A stretch of 49,477 bases of DNA from Nemertoderma westbladi (Eukaryota > Animalia > Xenacoelomorpha): the NCBI GenBank assembly GCA_032718475.1, contig JAUCBJ010003472.1, forward strand, positions 1 through 49,477, written 5' to 3'. The translations under genes and the position numbers were made by a program. Shown piece by piece: positions 12,855-28,000 of the stretch (position 1 is its first letter; every line of letters begins with the position of its first letter). The notes under the pieces are model-generated. The model made no database searches, was not told the DNA's origin, and saw nothing but the letters and a program-made list of their open reading frames with translations.

Positions 12855-12995
12855 TTTGAGGAATGAGAATTCGTTAAACATAGAAAAAAACATTGAATTC
12901 CCAGCGTTGCACCGTTCTAACAAATAAATATCAACTCATCGTAATTCGCACCAATATGAGACTCACAGAGACCACCATTGTTACTATAAAAGGAA

Positions 12996-13065
12996 TTAGG
13001 TTATCTGTAGAAGTTGTTTTATATTCTTCGGGGTTGTTTCGTCGTTTAAATGTTTCGTTGTGTAC
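12996..13065 (-). CDS. CYRI: CYRI terminal coding exon 4
   Basis: Acceptor ttattattactttag|G. Reads (R)[22 protein letters not shown], the conserved CYRI C-terminus. The phase-2 junction fits exon 3. Confidence 0.92.
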
Positions 13066-16000
13066 CTAAAGTAATAATAACATTACAGTCAATATAAAGT
13101 AATAATAACATTACAGTCAATATAAAGTAATAATAACATTAACGTTAATATAAAGTAATAATAACATTACAGTCAATATATAGTAATAAACATTACAGTC
13201 AATATAAAGTAATAAACATTAGGGTCAGAGTAAAATGCGGATCCGGATCCGGATCCGGATTCTACATTTAACATTGTCCCTACGGAAGTCGATTTTTTTT
13301 ACATTTTTATAACTCCCAAAAATAAAACTATAACCTGTTCAATTGACTTCAGTTTATTGTTTTGGTTAAAATAACGTGACACTGTAACCTGCTCCTTTCC
13401 CTTAATTGATAATTTTGGAATCCGGATCCGGATCCGGATCCGCGTTTTACACCTACCCTAAACATTACAGTCAATATAAAGTAATAAACATTACAGTCAA
13501 TATAAAGTAATAATAACATTACAGTCAATATAAAGTAATAATAACATTAACGTTAATATAAAGTAATAATAACATTACAGTCAATATATAGTAATAAACA
13601 TTACAGTCAATATAAAGTAATAAACATTACAGTCAATATAAAGTAATAAACATTACAGTCAATATAAAGTAATAATAACATTACAGTCAATATAGAGTAA
13701 TAAACATTACAGTCAATATAAAGTAATAAACATTACAGTCAATATAAAGTAATAAACATTACAGTCAATATAAAGTAATAATAACATTACAGTCAATATA
13801 AAGTAATAATAACATTACAGTCAATATAAAGTAATAATAACATTACAGTCAATATAAAGTAATAAACATTACAGTCAATATAAAGTAATAATAACATTAC
13901 AGTCAATATAAAGTAATAATAACATTACAGTCAATATAAAGTAATAAACATTACAGTCAATATAAAGTAATAAACATTACAGTCAATACGGTATAAAGTA
14001 ATAAACATTACAGTCAATATAAAGTAATAAACATTACAGTCAATATAAAGTAATAAACATTACAGTCAATATAAAGTAATAAACATTACAGTCAATATAA
14101 AGTAATAATAACATTACAGTCAATATAAAGTAATAATAACATTACAGTCAATATAAAGTAATAATAACATTACAGTCAATATAAAGTAATAAACATTACA
14201 GTCAATATAAAGTAATAATAACATTACAGTCAATATAAAGTAATAATAACATTACAGTCAATATAAAGTAATAATAACATTACAGTCAATATAAAGTAAT
14301 AAACATTACAGTCAATATAAAGTAATAATAACATTACAGTCAATATAAAGTAATAATTACATTACCGTCAATATAAAGTAATAATAACATTACAGTCAAT
14401 ATAAAGTAATAATAACATTACCGTCAATATAAAGTAATAATAACATTACAGTCAATATAAAGTAATAAACATTACAGTCAATATAAAGTAATAAACATTA
14501 CAGTCAATATAAAGTAATAAACATTACCGTCAATAAAAAGTAATAATAACATTACAGTCAATATAAAGTAATAAACATTACAGTCAATATAAAGTAATAA
14601 ACATTACAGTCAATATAAAGTAATAAACATTACAGTCAATATAAAGTAATAATTACATTACCGTCAATATAAAGTAATAATAACATTACAGTCAATATAA
14701 AGTAATAATAACATTACCGTCAATATAAAGTAATAATAACATTACAGTCAATATAAAGTAATAATTACATTACCGTCAATATAAAGTAATAATAACATTA
14801 CAGTCAATATAAAGTAATAATTACATTACCGTCAATATAAAGTAATAATAACATTACAGTCAATATAAAGTAATAATAACATTACCGTCAATATAAAGTA
14901 ATAATAACATTACAGTCAATATAAAGTAATAAACATTACAGTCAATATAAAGTAATAATAACATTACAGTCAATATAAAGTAATAATAACATTACAGTCA
15001 ATATAAAGTAAAAATAACATTAACGTTAATATAAAGTAATAATAACATTACAGTCAATATATAGTAATAAACATTACAGTCAATATAAAGTAATAAACAT
15101 TACAGTCAATATAAAGTAATAAACATTACAGTCAATATAAAGTAATAATAACATTACAGTCAATATAAAGTAATAATAACATTAACGTTAATATAAAGTA
15201 ATAATAACATTACAGTCAATATATAGTAATAAACATTACAGTCAATATAAAGTAATAAACATTACAGTCAATATAAAGTAATAAACATTACAGTCAATAT
15301 AAAGTAATAATAACATTACAGTCAATATAAAGTAATAATAACATTACAGTCAATATAAAGTAATAAACATTACAGTCAATATAAAGTAATAATAACATTA
15401 CAGTCAATATAAAGTAATAATAACATTACAGTCAATATAAAGTAATAATAACATTACAGTCAATATAAAGTAATAAACATTACAGTCAATATAAAGTAAT
15501 AATAACATTACAGTCAATATAAAGTAATAATAACATTACAGTCAATATAAAGTAATAAACATTACAGTCAATATAAACTAATAAACATTACAGTCAATAT
15601 AAAGTAATAATAACATTACCGTCAATATAAAGTAATAATAACATTACAGTCAATATAAAGTAATAATAACATTACAGTCAATATAAAGTAATAAACATTA
15701 CAGTCAATTTAAAGTAATAATAACATTACAGTCAATATAAAGTAATAATAACATTACAGTCAATATAAAGTAATAATAACATTACAGTCAATATAAAGTA
15801 ATAATAACATTACAGTCAATATAAAGTAATAATTACATTACCGTCAATATAAAGTAATAATTACATTACCGTCAATATAAAGTAATAATAACATTACAGT
15901 CAATATAAAGTAATAATAACATTACCGTCAATATAAAGTAATAATAACATTACAGTCAATATAAAGTAATAAACATTACAGTCAATATAAAGTAATAAAC

Positions 16001-19000
16001 ATTACAGTCAATATAAAGTAATAAACATTACAGTCAATATAAAGTAATAATAACATTACAGTCAATATAAAGTAATAATTACATTACCGTCAATATAAAG
16101 TAATAATAACATTACAGTCAATATAAAGTAATAATAACATTACCGTCAATATAAAGTAATAATAACATTACAGTCAATATAAAGTAATAAACATTACAGT
16201 CAATATAAAGTAATAAACATTACAGTCAATATAAAGTAATAAACATTACCGTCAATAAAAAGTAATAATAACATTACAGTCAATATAAAGTAATAAACAT
16301 TACAGTCAATATAAAGTAATAAACATTACAGTCAATATAAAGTAATAAACATTACAGTCAATATAAAGTAATAATTACATTACCGTCAATATAAAGTAAT
16401 AATAACATTACAGTCAATATAAAGTAATAATAACATTACCGTCAATATAAAGTAATAATAACATTACAGTCAATATAAAGTAATAATTACATTACCGTCA
16501 ATATAAAGTAATAATAACATTACAGTCAATATAAAGTAATAATTACATTACCGTCAATATAAAGTAATAATAACATTACAGTCAATATAAAGTAATAATA
16601 ACATTACCGTCAATATAAAGTAATAATAACATTACAGTCAATATAAAGTAATAAACATTACAGTCAATATAAAGTAATAATAACATTACAGTCAATATAA
16701 AGTAATAATAACATTACAGTCAATATAAAGTAATAATAACATTAACGTTAATATAAAGTAATAATAACATTACAGTCAATATATAGTAATAAACATTACA
16801 GTCAATATAAAGTAATAAACATTACAGTCAATATAAAGTAATAAACATTACAGTCAATATAAAGTAATAATAACATTACAGTCAATATAAAGTAATAATA
16901 ACATTAACGTTAATATAAAGTAATAATAACATTACAGTCAATATATAGTAATAAACATTACAGTCAATATAAAGTAATAAACATTACAGTCAATATAAAG
17001 TAATAAACATTACAGTCAATATAAAGTAATAATAACATTACAGTCAATATAAAGTAATAATAACATTACAGTCAATATAAAGTAATAATAACATTACAGT
17101 CAATATAAAGTAATAAACATTACAGTCAATATAAAGTAATAATAACATTACAGTCAATATAAAGTAATAATAACATTACAGTCAATATAAAGTAATAATA
17201 ACATTACAGTCAATATAAAGTAATAATAACATTACAGTCAATATAAAGTAATAATAACATTACAGTCAATATAAAGTAATAAACATTACAGTCAATATAA
17301 AGTAATAATAACATTACAGTCAATATAAAGTAATAATAACATTACAGTCAATATAAAGTAATAAACATTACAGTCAATATAAACTAATAAACATTACAGT
17401 CAATATAAAGTAATAATAACATTACCGTCAATATAAAGTAATAATAACATTACAGTCAATATAAAGTAATAATAACATTACCGTCAATATAAAGTAATAA
17501 ACATTACAGTCAATATAAAGTAATAAACATTACAGTCAATATAAAGTAATAAACATTACAGTCAATATAAAGTAATAATAACATTACCGTCAATATAAAG
17601 TAATAATAACATTACAGTCAATATAAAGTAATAATAACATTACAGTCAATATAAAGTAATAAACATTACAGTCAATTTAAAGTAATAATAACATTACAGT
17701 CAATATAAAGTAATAATAACATTACAGTCAATATAAAGTAATAATAACATTACAGTCAATATAAAGTAATAATAACATTACAGTCAATATAAAGTAATAA
17801 TTACATTACCGTCAATATAAAGTAATAATTACATTACCGTCAATATAAAGTAATAATAACATTACAGTCAATATAAAGTAATAATAACATTACCGTCAAT
17901 ATAAAGTAATAATAACATTACAGTCAATATAAAGTAATAAACATTACAGTCAATATAAAGTAATAAACATTACAGTCAATATAAAGTAATAAACATTACA
18001 GTCAATATAAAGTAATAATAACATTACAGTCAATATAAAGTAATAATTACATTACCGTCAATATAAAGTAATAATAACATTACAGTCAATATAAAGTAAT
18101 AATAACATTACCGTCAATATAAAGTAATAATAACATTACAGTCAATATAAAGTAATAAACATTACAGTCAATATAAAGTAATAAACATTACAGTCAATAT
18201 AAAGTAATAAACATTACCGTCAATATAAAGTAATAATAACATTACAGTCAATATAAAGTAATAAACATTACAGTCAATATAAAGTAATAAACATTACAGT
18301 CAATATAAAGTAATAAACATTACAGTCAATATAAAGTAATAATTAAATTACCGTCAATATAAAGTAATAATAACATTACAGTCAATATAAAGTAATAATA
18401 ACATTACCGTCAATATAAAGTAATAATAACATTACAGTCAATATAAAGTAATAAACATTACAGTCAATATAAAGTAATAAACATTACAGTCAATATAAAG
18501 TAATAAACATTACCGTCAATATAAAGTAATAATAACATTACAGTCAATATAAAGTAATAAACATTACAGTCAATATAAAGTAATAAACATTACAGTCAAT
18601 ATAAAGTAATAAACATTACAGTCAATATAAAGTAATAATTAAATTACCGTCAATATAAAGTAATAAACATTACAGTCAATATAAAGTAATAATAACATTA
18701 CAGTCAATATAAAGTAATAATTACATTACCGTCAATATAAAGTAATAATAACATTACAGTCAATATAAAGTAATAATTACATTACCGTCAATAAAAAGTA
18801 ATAATAACATTACAGTCAATATAAAGTAATAATAACATTACCGTCAATATAAAGTAATAATAACATTACAGTCAATATAAAGTAATAAACATTACAGTCA
18901 ATATAAAGTAATAAACATTACAGTCAATATAAAGTAATAATAACATTACAGTCAATATAAAGTAATAATAACATTACCGTCAATATAAAGTAATAATAAC

Positions 19001-22000
19001 ATTACAGTCAATATAAAGTAATAATAACATTACAGTCAATATAAAGTAATAATTACATTACCGTCAATATAAAGTAATAATTACATTACCGTCAATATAA
19101 AGTAATAATAACATTACAGTCAATATAAAGTAATAATAACATTACCGTCAATATAAAGTAATAATAACATTACAGTCAATATAAAGTAATAAACATTACA
19201 GTCAATATAAAGTAATAAACATTACAGTCAATATAAAGTAATAAACATTACAGTCAATATAAAGTAATAATAACATTACAGTCAATATAAAGTAATAAAC
19301 ATTACAGTCAATATAAAGTAATAAACATTACAGTCAATATAAAGTAATAAACATTACAGTCAATATAAAGTAATAATAACATTACCGTCAATATAAAGTA
19401 ATAATAACATTACAGTCAATATAAAGTAATAATTACATTACCGTCAATATAAAGTAATAATAACATTACAGTCAATATAAAGTAATAAACATTACAGTCA
19501 ATATAAACTAATAAACATTACAGTCAATATAAAGTAATAAACATTACAGTCAATATAAAGTAATAATTACATTACCGTCAATATAAAGTAATAATTACAT
19601 TACCGTCAATATAAAGTAATAATAACATTACCGTCAATATAAAGTAATAATAACATTAACGTCAATATAAAGTAATAAACATTACAGTCAATATAAAGTA
19701 ATAAACATTACAGTCAATATAAAGTAATAAACATTACAGTCAATATAAAGTAATAAACATTACAGTCAATATAAAGTAATAAACATTACAGTCAATATAA
19801 AGTAATAATTACATTACCGTCAATATAAAGTAATAATTACATTACCGTCAATATAAAGTAATAATAACATTACCGTCAATATAAAGTAATAATAACATTA
19901 CAGTCAATATAAAGTATTAAACATTACAGTCAATATAAAGTAATAAACATTACAGTCAATATAAAGTAATAATAACATTACAGTCAATATAAAGTAATAA
20001 ACATTACAGTCAATATAAACTAATAAACATTACAGTCAATATAAAGTAATAAACATTACAGTCAATATAAAGTAATAAACATTACAGTCAATATAAAGTA
20101 ATAAACATTACAGTCAATATAAAGTAATAAACATTACAGTCAATATAAACTAATAAACATTACAGTCAATATAAAGTAATAAACATTACAGTCAATATAA
20201 AGTAATAAACATTACAGTCAATATAAAGTAATAATTACATTACAGTCAATATAAAGTAATAATAACAATACAGTCAATATAAAGTAATAATAACATTACA
20301 GTCAATATAAAGTAATAATAACATTACAGTCAATATAAAGTAATAATAACATTACCGTCAATATAAAGTAATAATAACATTACAGTCAATATATAGTAAT
20401 AAACATTACAGTCAATATAAAGTAATAATAACATTACAGTCAATATAAAGTAATAATAACATTACAGTCAATATAAAGTAATAATAACATTACAGTCAAT
20501 ATAAAGTAATAAACATTACAGTCAATATAAAGTAATAATAACATTACAGTCAATATAAAGTAATAAACATTACAGTCAATATAAAGTAATAAACATTACA
20601 GTCAATATAAAGTAATAAACATTACAGTCAATATAAAGTAATAAACATTACAGTCAATATAAAGTAATAAACATTACAGTCAATATAAACTAATAAACAT
20701 TACAGTCAATATAAAGTAATAAACATTACAGTCAATATAAAGTAATAAACATTACAGTCAATATAAAGTAATAATTACATTACAGTCAATATAAAGTAAT
20801 AATAACAATACAGTCAATATAAAGTAATAATAACATTACAGTCAATATAAAGTAATAATAACATTACAGTCAATATAAAGTAATAATAACATTACCGTCA
20901 ATATAAAGTAATAATAACATTACAGTCAATATATAGTAATAAACATTACAGTCAATATAAAGTAATAATAACATTACAGTCAATATAAAGTAATAATAAC
21001 ATTACAGTCAATATAAAGTAATAAACATTACAGTCAATATAAAGTAATAATAACATTACCGTCAATATAAAGTAATAATAACATTACAGTCAATATAAAG
21101 TAATAATTACATTACCGTCAATATAAAGTAATAATAACATTACCGTCAATATAAAGTAATAATAACATTACAGTCAATATAAAGTAATAAACATTACAGT
21201 CAATATAAACTAATAAACATTACAGTCAATATAAAGTAATAAACATTACAGTCAATATAAAGTAATAATTACATTACCGTCAATATAAAGTAATAATTAC
21301 ATTACCGTCAATATAAAGTAATAATAACATTACAGTCAATATAAAGTAATAAACATTACAGTCAATATAAACTAATAAACATTACAGTCAATATAAAGTA
21401 ATAAACATTACAGTCAATATAAAGTAATAATTACATTACCGTCAATATAAAGTAATAATTACATTACCGTCAATATAAAGTAATAATAACATTACCGTCA
21501 ATATAAAGTAATAATAACATTAACGTCAATATAAAGTAATAAACATTACAGTCAATATAAAGTAATAAACATTACAGTCAATATAAAGTAATAAACATTA
21601 CAGTCAATATAAAGTAATAAACATTACAGTCAATATAAAGTAATAAACATTACAGTCAATATAAAGTAATAATTACATTACCGTCAATATAAAGTAATAA
21701 TTACATTACCGTCAATATAAAGTAATAATAACATTACCGTCAATATAAAGTAATAATAACATTACAGTCAATATAAAGTATTAAACATTACAGTCAATAT
21801 AAAGTAATAAACATTACAGTCAATATAAAGTAATAATAACATTACAGTCAATATAAAGTAATAAACATTACAGTCAATATAAACTAATAAACATTACAGT
21901 CAATATAAAGTAATAAACATTACAGTCAATATAAAGTAATAAACATTACAGTCAATATAAAGTAATAAACATTACAGTCAATATAAAGTAATAAACATTA

Positions 22001-25000
22001 CAGTCAATATAAACTAATAAACATTACAGTCAATATAAAGTAATAAACATTACAGTCAATATAAAGTAATAAACATTACAGTCAATATAAAGTAATAATT
22101 ACATTACAGTCAATATAAAGTAATAATAACAATACAGTCAATATAAAGTAATAATAACATTACAGTCAATATAAAGTAATAATAACATTACAGTCAATAT
22201 AAAGTAATAATAACATTACCGTCAATATAAAGTAATAATAACATTACAGTCAATATATAGTAATAAACATTACAGTCAATATAAAGTAATAATAACATTA
22301 CAGTCAATATAAAGTAATAATAACATTACAGTCAATATAAAGTAATAATAACATTACAGTCAATATAAAGTAATAATAACATTACCGTCAATATAAAGTA
22401 ATAATAACATTACAGTCAATATAAAGTAATAAACATTACAGTCAATATAAAGTAATAATAACATTACAGTCAATATAAAGTAATAATAACATTACAGTCA
22501 ATATAAAGTAATAATAACATTACCGTCAATATAAAGTAATAATAACATTACAGTCAATATAAAGTAATAATAACATTACAGTCAATATAAAGTAATAAAC
22601 ATTACAGTCAATATAAAGTAATAAACATTACAGTCAATATAAAGTAATAATAACATTACAGTCAATATAAAGTAATAATAACATTACAGTCAATATAAAG
22701 TAATAATAACATTACCGTCAATATAAAGTAATAATAACATTACAGTCAATATATAGTAATAAACATTACAGTCAATATAAAGTAATAATAACATTACAGT
22801 CAATATAAAGTAATAATAACATTACAGTCAATATAAAGTAATAATAACATTACAGTCAATATAAAGTAATAATAACATTACCGTCAATATAAAGTAATAA
22901 TAACATTACAGTCAATATATAGTAATAAACATTACAGTCAATATAAAGTAATAATAACATTACAGTCAATATAAAGCAATAATAACATTACAGTCAATAT
23001 AAAGTAATAAACATTACAGTCAATATAAAGTAATAATAACATTACAGTCAATATATAGTAATAAACATTACAGTCAATATAAAGTAATAATAACATTACA
23101 GTCAATATAAAGTAATAAACATTACAGTCAATATAAAGTAATAATAACATTACAGTCAATATAAAGTAATAATAACATTACAGTCAATATAAAGTAATAA
23201 TAACATTACCGTCAATATAAAGTAATAATAACATTACAGTCAATATAAAGTAATAATAACATTACAGTCAATATAAACTATAAAGTAATAAACATTACAG
23301 TCAATATAAAGTAATAAACATTACAGTCAATATAAAGTAATAATAACATTACAGTCAATATAAAGTAATAAACATTACAGTCAATATAAAGTAATAATAA
23401 CAATACAGTCAATATAAAGTAATAATAACATTACAGTCAATATAAAGTAATAATAACATTACCGTCAATATAAAGTAATAATAACATTACAGTCAATATA
23501 AAGTAATAAACATTACAGTCAATATAAAGTAATAATAACATTACAGTCAATATAAAGTAATAATAACATTACCGTCAATATAAAGTAATAATAACATTAC
23601 AGTCAATATAAAGTAATAATAACATTACCGTCAATATAAAGTAATAATAACATTACCGTCAATATAAAGTAATAATAACATTACAGTCAATATAAAGTAA
23701 TAATAACATTACCGTCAATATAAAGTAATAATAACATTACAGTCAATATAAAGTAATAATAACATTAACGTCAATATAAAGTAATAATAACATTAACGTC
23801 AATATAAAGTAAAGTAATATTAACAACATTACAGTCAAGAGACAATATAAATACAAACAATAGAAATAAGCTTCATTATTTACTACAAAACTAATAAACT
23901 ATAACTTAATTATAAATGAAACAAATTATAAATTGTTAATTAAGAAAAATGTCGGCAAGGTTTTCAAAATCAGGAGATAGGAAAGCCGTTGTATTGTTTA
24001 TGTTAAGCCTCGTGAAACTTGATTCAGGTCGGGATTTTACCGAATTAAAATTGTCACTCGAGTGAAAAAATGTGTCATTCAAATTACACTTCAAATATTA
24101 AAAAGACAAGTCGAAAGCGTATCATACAGTAGGGGAAAATCATATTAAGGAAAAAACAATTCCGTGAGTGGTGCAACCATAGAGAGAGAGAGTAATTTGG
24201 TAGGGTAACATTATTACTTTGTCGCGCTACGCACATCCTATTATTCGCGTGGGCTGGTTACGGGAACTGCCTCAGAGGAACCTTCGCTGACAGATGCAAC
24301 GTCTTAATTAACAGTATTGTTGGTTTAACCCTCCCTCCCACACACACAGAGGACATAAACCTAGAGAAAGGCGAACAATGACACCAGGTTCTCATGGAAA
24401 CGCCACGCAACATCTAACGGCAAAATGACGGCTTTAATTAACTCCATTGAATTTAAATAAATTTATCGAGAAACAAAATTCGATAATTTATATTTCCCTC
24501 CCCTTGATATTAATACTTATTGCAGCGACAATCAATAAAGTCATAATATTACAATAAGGGAGGCATTGGACTCGTCAAGTCAGTTGGGAAATTGTGTTAT
24601 CCATACATTAAATAATTCTTAAACAAATGCTGTGATTAATTTTCAGTATTGTTACAAATGTTAACCTAAACAAAACACCTCCGACATCTAAGGACAGTTT
24701 TCATAAAGATCAGTTTGGGCAACTTGTTTAATATGTTTTTGGGTAATGTAGTTTGTTTGAAATCTAACTTTGTGATGCCTACTTTGGGCAGCTAACCAAT
24801 GGGTGGAGAGGGAGTCATCTTGGTGGCAGCCAATCAATAGGAGGTGGGAGTCTTGGTGGCAATCAACCAATGGAGGGAGTCTTGGTGGCAATCAACCAAT
24901 GGGAGCGAGTCTTAGTTGCAGCCAATCAATAGGAGGAGGGAGTTTTGGTGGCAACCAACCAATGGGAGGGATTCTTGGTGACAATCAACCAATGGGAGCG

Positions 25001-28000
25001 AGTCTTGGTGGGAATCAACCAATAGGAGGGAGTCTCGGTGGCAATCAACCAATGGGAGCGAGTCTTGGTGACAGCCAATCAATAGGAGGTGGGAGTTTTG
25101 GTGGCAACCAACCAATAGGAGGGAGTCTTGGTGGCAACCAACCAATTGAGGGAGTCCTGGTGACAGCCAATCAATAGGAGGTGGGAGTTTTGGTGGCAAC
25201 TAACCAATATGAGGGAGTCATGGTGGCAACCAACAAATGGAGGGAGTCTTGGTGGCAACCAACCAATGGGAGGTAGGAGGTTGGTGGCAACCAACCAATG
25301 GGTGGGGAGTCTTGGCGGCAACCAACCAATAGGAGGTAGGAGTTTTTGTGGCAACCAAGCAATGGGAGGTGGAGGCAGCCAACGAATAGGAGGTGGGAGT
25401 CTATGTGTCAGCCAACCAATGGGAGGGAGTCTTGGTGGCAAGCAACCAATGGGAGAGAGTCTTGGTGGCAACCAACCAATGGGAGGGAGTCTAGGTGGTA
25501 GCCAACCAATGGGAGGGAGTCTTGGTGGCAACCACCAATGGGAGGGTGTCTAGGTGACAGCCACCAATGGGAGGGAGTCTTGGTTGCAACCAACCAATGG
25601 GAGGGAGTCTAAGTGGCAGCCAACCAATGGGAGGGAGTCTCGGTGGCAACCAACCAATGGGAGGGAGTCTAGGTGGCAGCCAGCCAGAGGGAGTCTTGGT
25701 GGCAACCAACCAATAGTAGGTGGGACTCTTGGTGGCAACCAACCAATGGGGGGGGGGGGAGTCTTGGTGGCAACCAGCCAATGGGAGGGAATCTCGGCGA
25801 CAACCAACAAATGGGAGGGAGTCTTGGTGGCAACCAACACATGGGAGGGAGTCTTGGTGGCAGCAAACCAATGGGAGGGAGTCTTGGTGGCAACCAACCA
25901 ATGGGAGGGAGTCTTGGTGGCAACCAAAACATGGGAGGGAGTCTTGGTGGCAACCAACCAATGGGAGGGAGTCGTGGTGGCAACTAACCAATGGGAGGGA
26001 GTCTGGGTGGAAGCCAACCAATGGGAGGGAGTCTTGGTGGCAACCAAAACATGGGAGGGAGTCTGGGTGGCAGCAAACCAATGGGAGGGAGTCTTGGTGG
26101 CAACCAACCAATGGGAGGGAGCCTTGGTGGCAACCAACCAATGGGATGGAGTCTGGGTAGCAGCCAACCAATGGGAGGGAGTCTTGGTGGCAACCAACCA
26201 ATGGGAGGGAGTCTTGGTGGCAACCAACACATGGGAGGAAGTCTGGGTGGCAGCAAACCAATGGGAGGGAGTCTTGGTGGCAACCAACCAATGGGAGGGA
26301 GCCTTGGTGGCAACCAACCAATGGGATGGAGTCTGGGTAGCAGCCAACCAATGGGAGGGAGTCTAAGTGGCAGCCAACCAATGGGAGGGAGTCTCGGTGG
26401 CAACCAACCAATGGGAGGGAGTCTAGGTGGCAGCCAGCCAGAGGGAGTCTTGGTGGCAACCAACCAATAGTAGGTGGGACTCTTGGTGGCAACCAACCAA
26501 TGGGGGGGGGGGAGTCTTGGTGGCAACCAGCCAATGGGAGGGAGTCTCGGCGACAACCAACAAATGGGAGGGAGTCTTGGTGGCAACCAACACATGGGAG
26601 GGAGTCTTGGTGGCAGCAAACCAATGGGAGGGAGTCTTGGTGGCAACCAACCAATGGGAGGGAGTCTTGGTGGCAACCAAAACATGGGAGGGAGTCTTGG
26701 TGGCAACCAACCAATGGGAGGGAGTCGTGGTGGCAACTAACCAATGGGAGGGAGTCTGGGTGGAAGCCAACCAATGGGAGGGAGTCTTGGTGGCAACCAA
26801 AACATGGGAGGGAGTCTGGGTGGCAGCAAACCAATGGGAGGGAGTCTTGGTGGCAACCAACCAATGGGAGGGAGCCTTGGTGGCAACCAACCAATGGGAT
26901 GGAGTCTGGGTAGCAGCCAACCAATGGGAGGGAGTCTTGGTGGCAACCAACCAATGGGAGGGAGTCTTGGTGGCAACCAACACATGGGAGGAAGTCTGGG
27001 TGGCAGCAAACCAATGGGAGGGAGCCTTGGTGGCAACCAACCAATGGGATGGAGTCTGGGTAGCAGCCAACCAATGAGAGGGAGTCTTGGTGGCAACCAA
27101 CCAATGGGAGGGAGTCTTGGTGGCAACTAACCAATGGGAGGGAGTCTGGGTGGCAGCCAACCAATGGGGGGGAGTCTTGTTGGCAACCAACCAATGGGAA
27201 GGGAGTCTCAGTGGTAGCCAACCAATGGGAGGGAGTCTTGGTGGCAACCTACCAATAGTAGGTGGGAGTCTGGGTGGCAGCCAATCAATGGGAGGGAGTC
27301 TTGGTGGCAACCAACCAATGGGAGGGAGCCTTGGTTGCAACCAACCAATGGGATGGAGCCTTGGTAGCAACCAACCAATGGGATGGAGTCTGGGTATCAG
27401 CCAACCAATGGGAGGGAGTCTTGGTGGCAACCAACCAATGGGAGGGAGTCTTGGTGGCAACTAACCAATGGGAGGGAGTCTGGATGGCAGCCAACCAATG
27501 GGAGGGAGTCTTGTTGGCAACCAACCAATGGGAGGGAGTCTGAGTGGCAGCCAACCAATGGGAGGGAGTCTTGGTGGCAACCTACCAATAGTAGGTGGGA
27601 GTCTGGGTGGCAGCCAACCAATGGGAGGGAGTCTTGGTGGCAACCAACCAATGGGAGGGAGTCTGGGTGGCAGCCAACCAATGGGAGGGAGTCTTGGTGG
27701 CAACCTACCAATAGTAGGTGGGAGTCTTGGTGGCAACCAACCAATGGGAGTGAGTCTTGGTGGCAACCAACCAATGTGAGGGAGTCTTGGTGGCAACCTA
27801 CCAATAGTAGGTGGGAGTCTGGGTGGCAGCCAACCAATGGGAGAGAGTCTTGGTGGCAACCAACCAATGGGAGGGAGTCTGAGTGGCAGCCAACCAATGG
27901 GAGGTAGTCTTGGTGGCAACCTACCAATAGTAGGTGGGAGTCTGGGTGGCAGCCAACCAATGGGAGGGAGTCTGGGTGGCAACCAACCAATGGGAGGGAG

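Noticed and set aside
22938-23159. 73-aa ORF in the AT satellite
   Set aside because: Chance alternation of 28- and 26-bp units (54-nt period).
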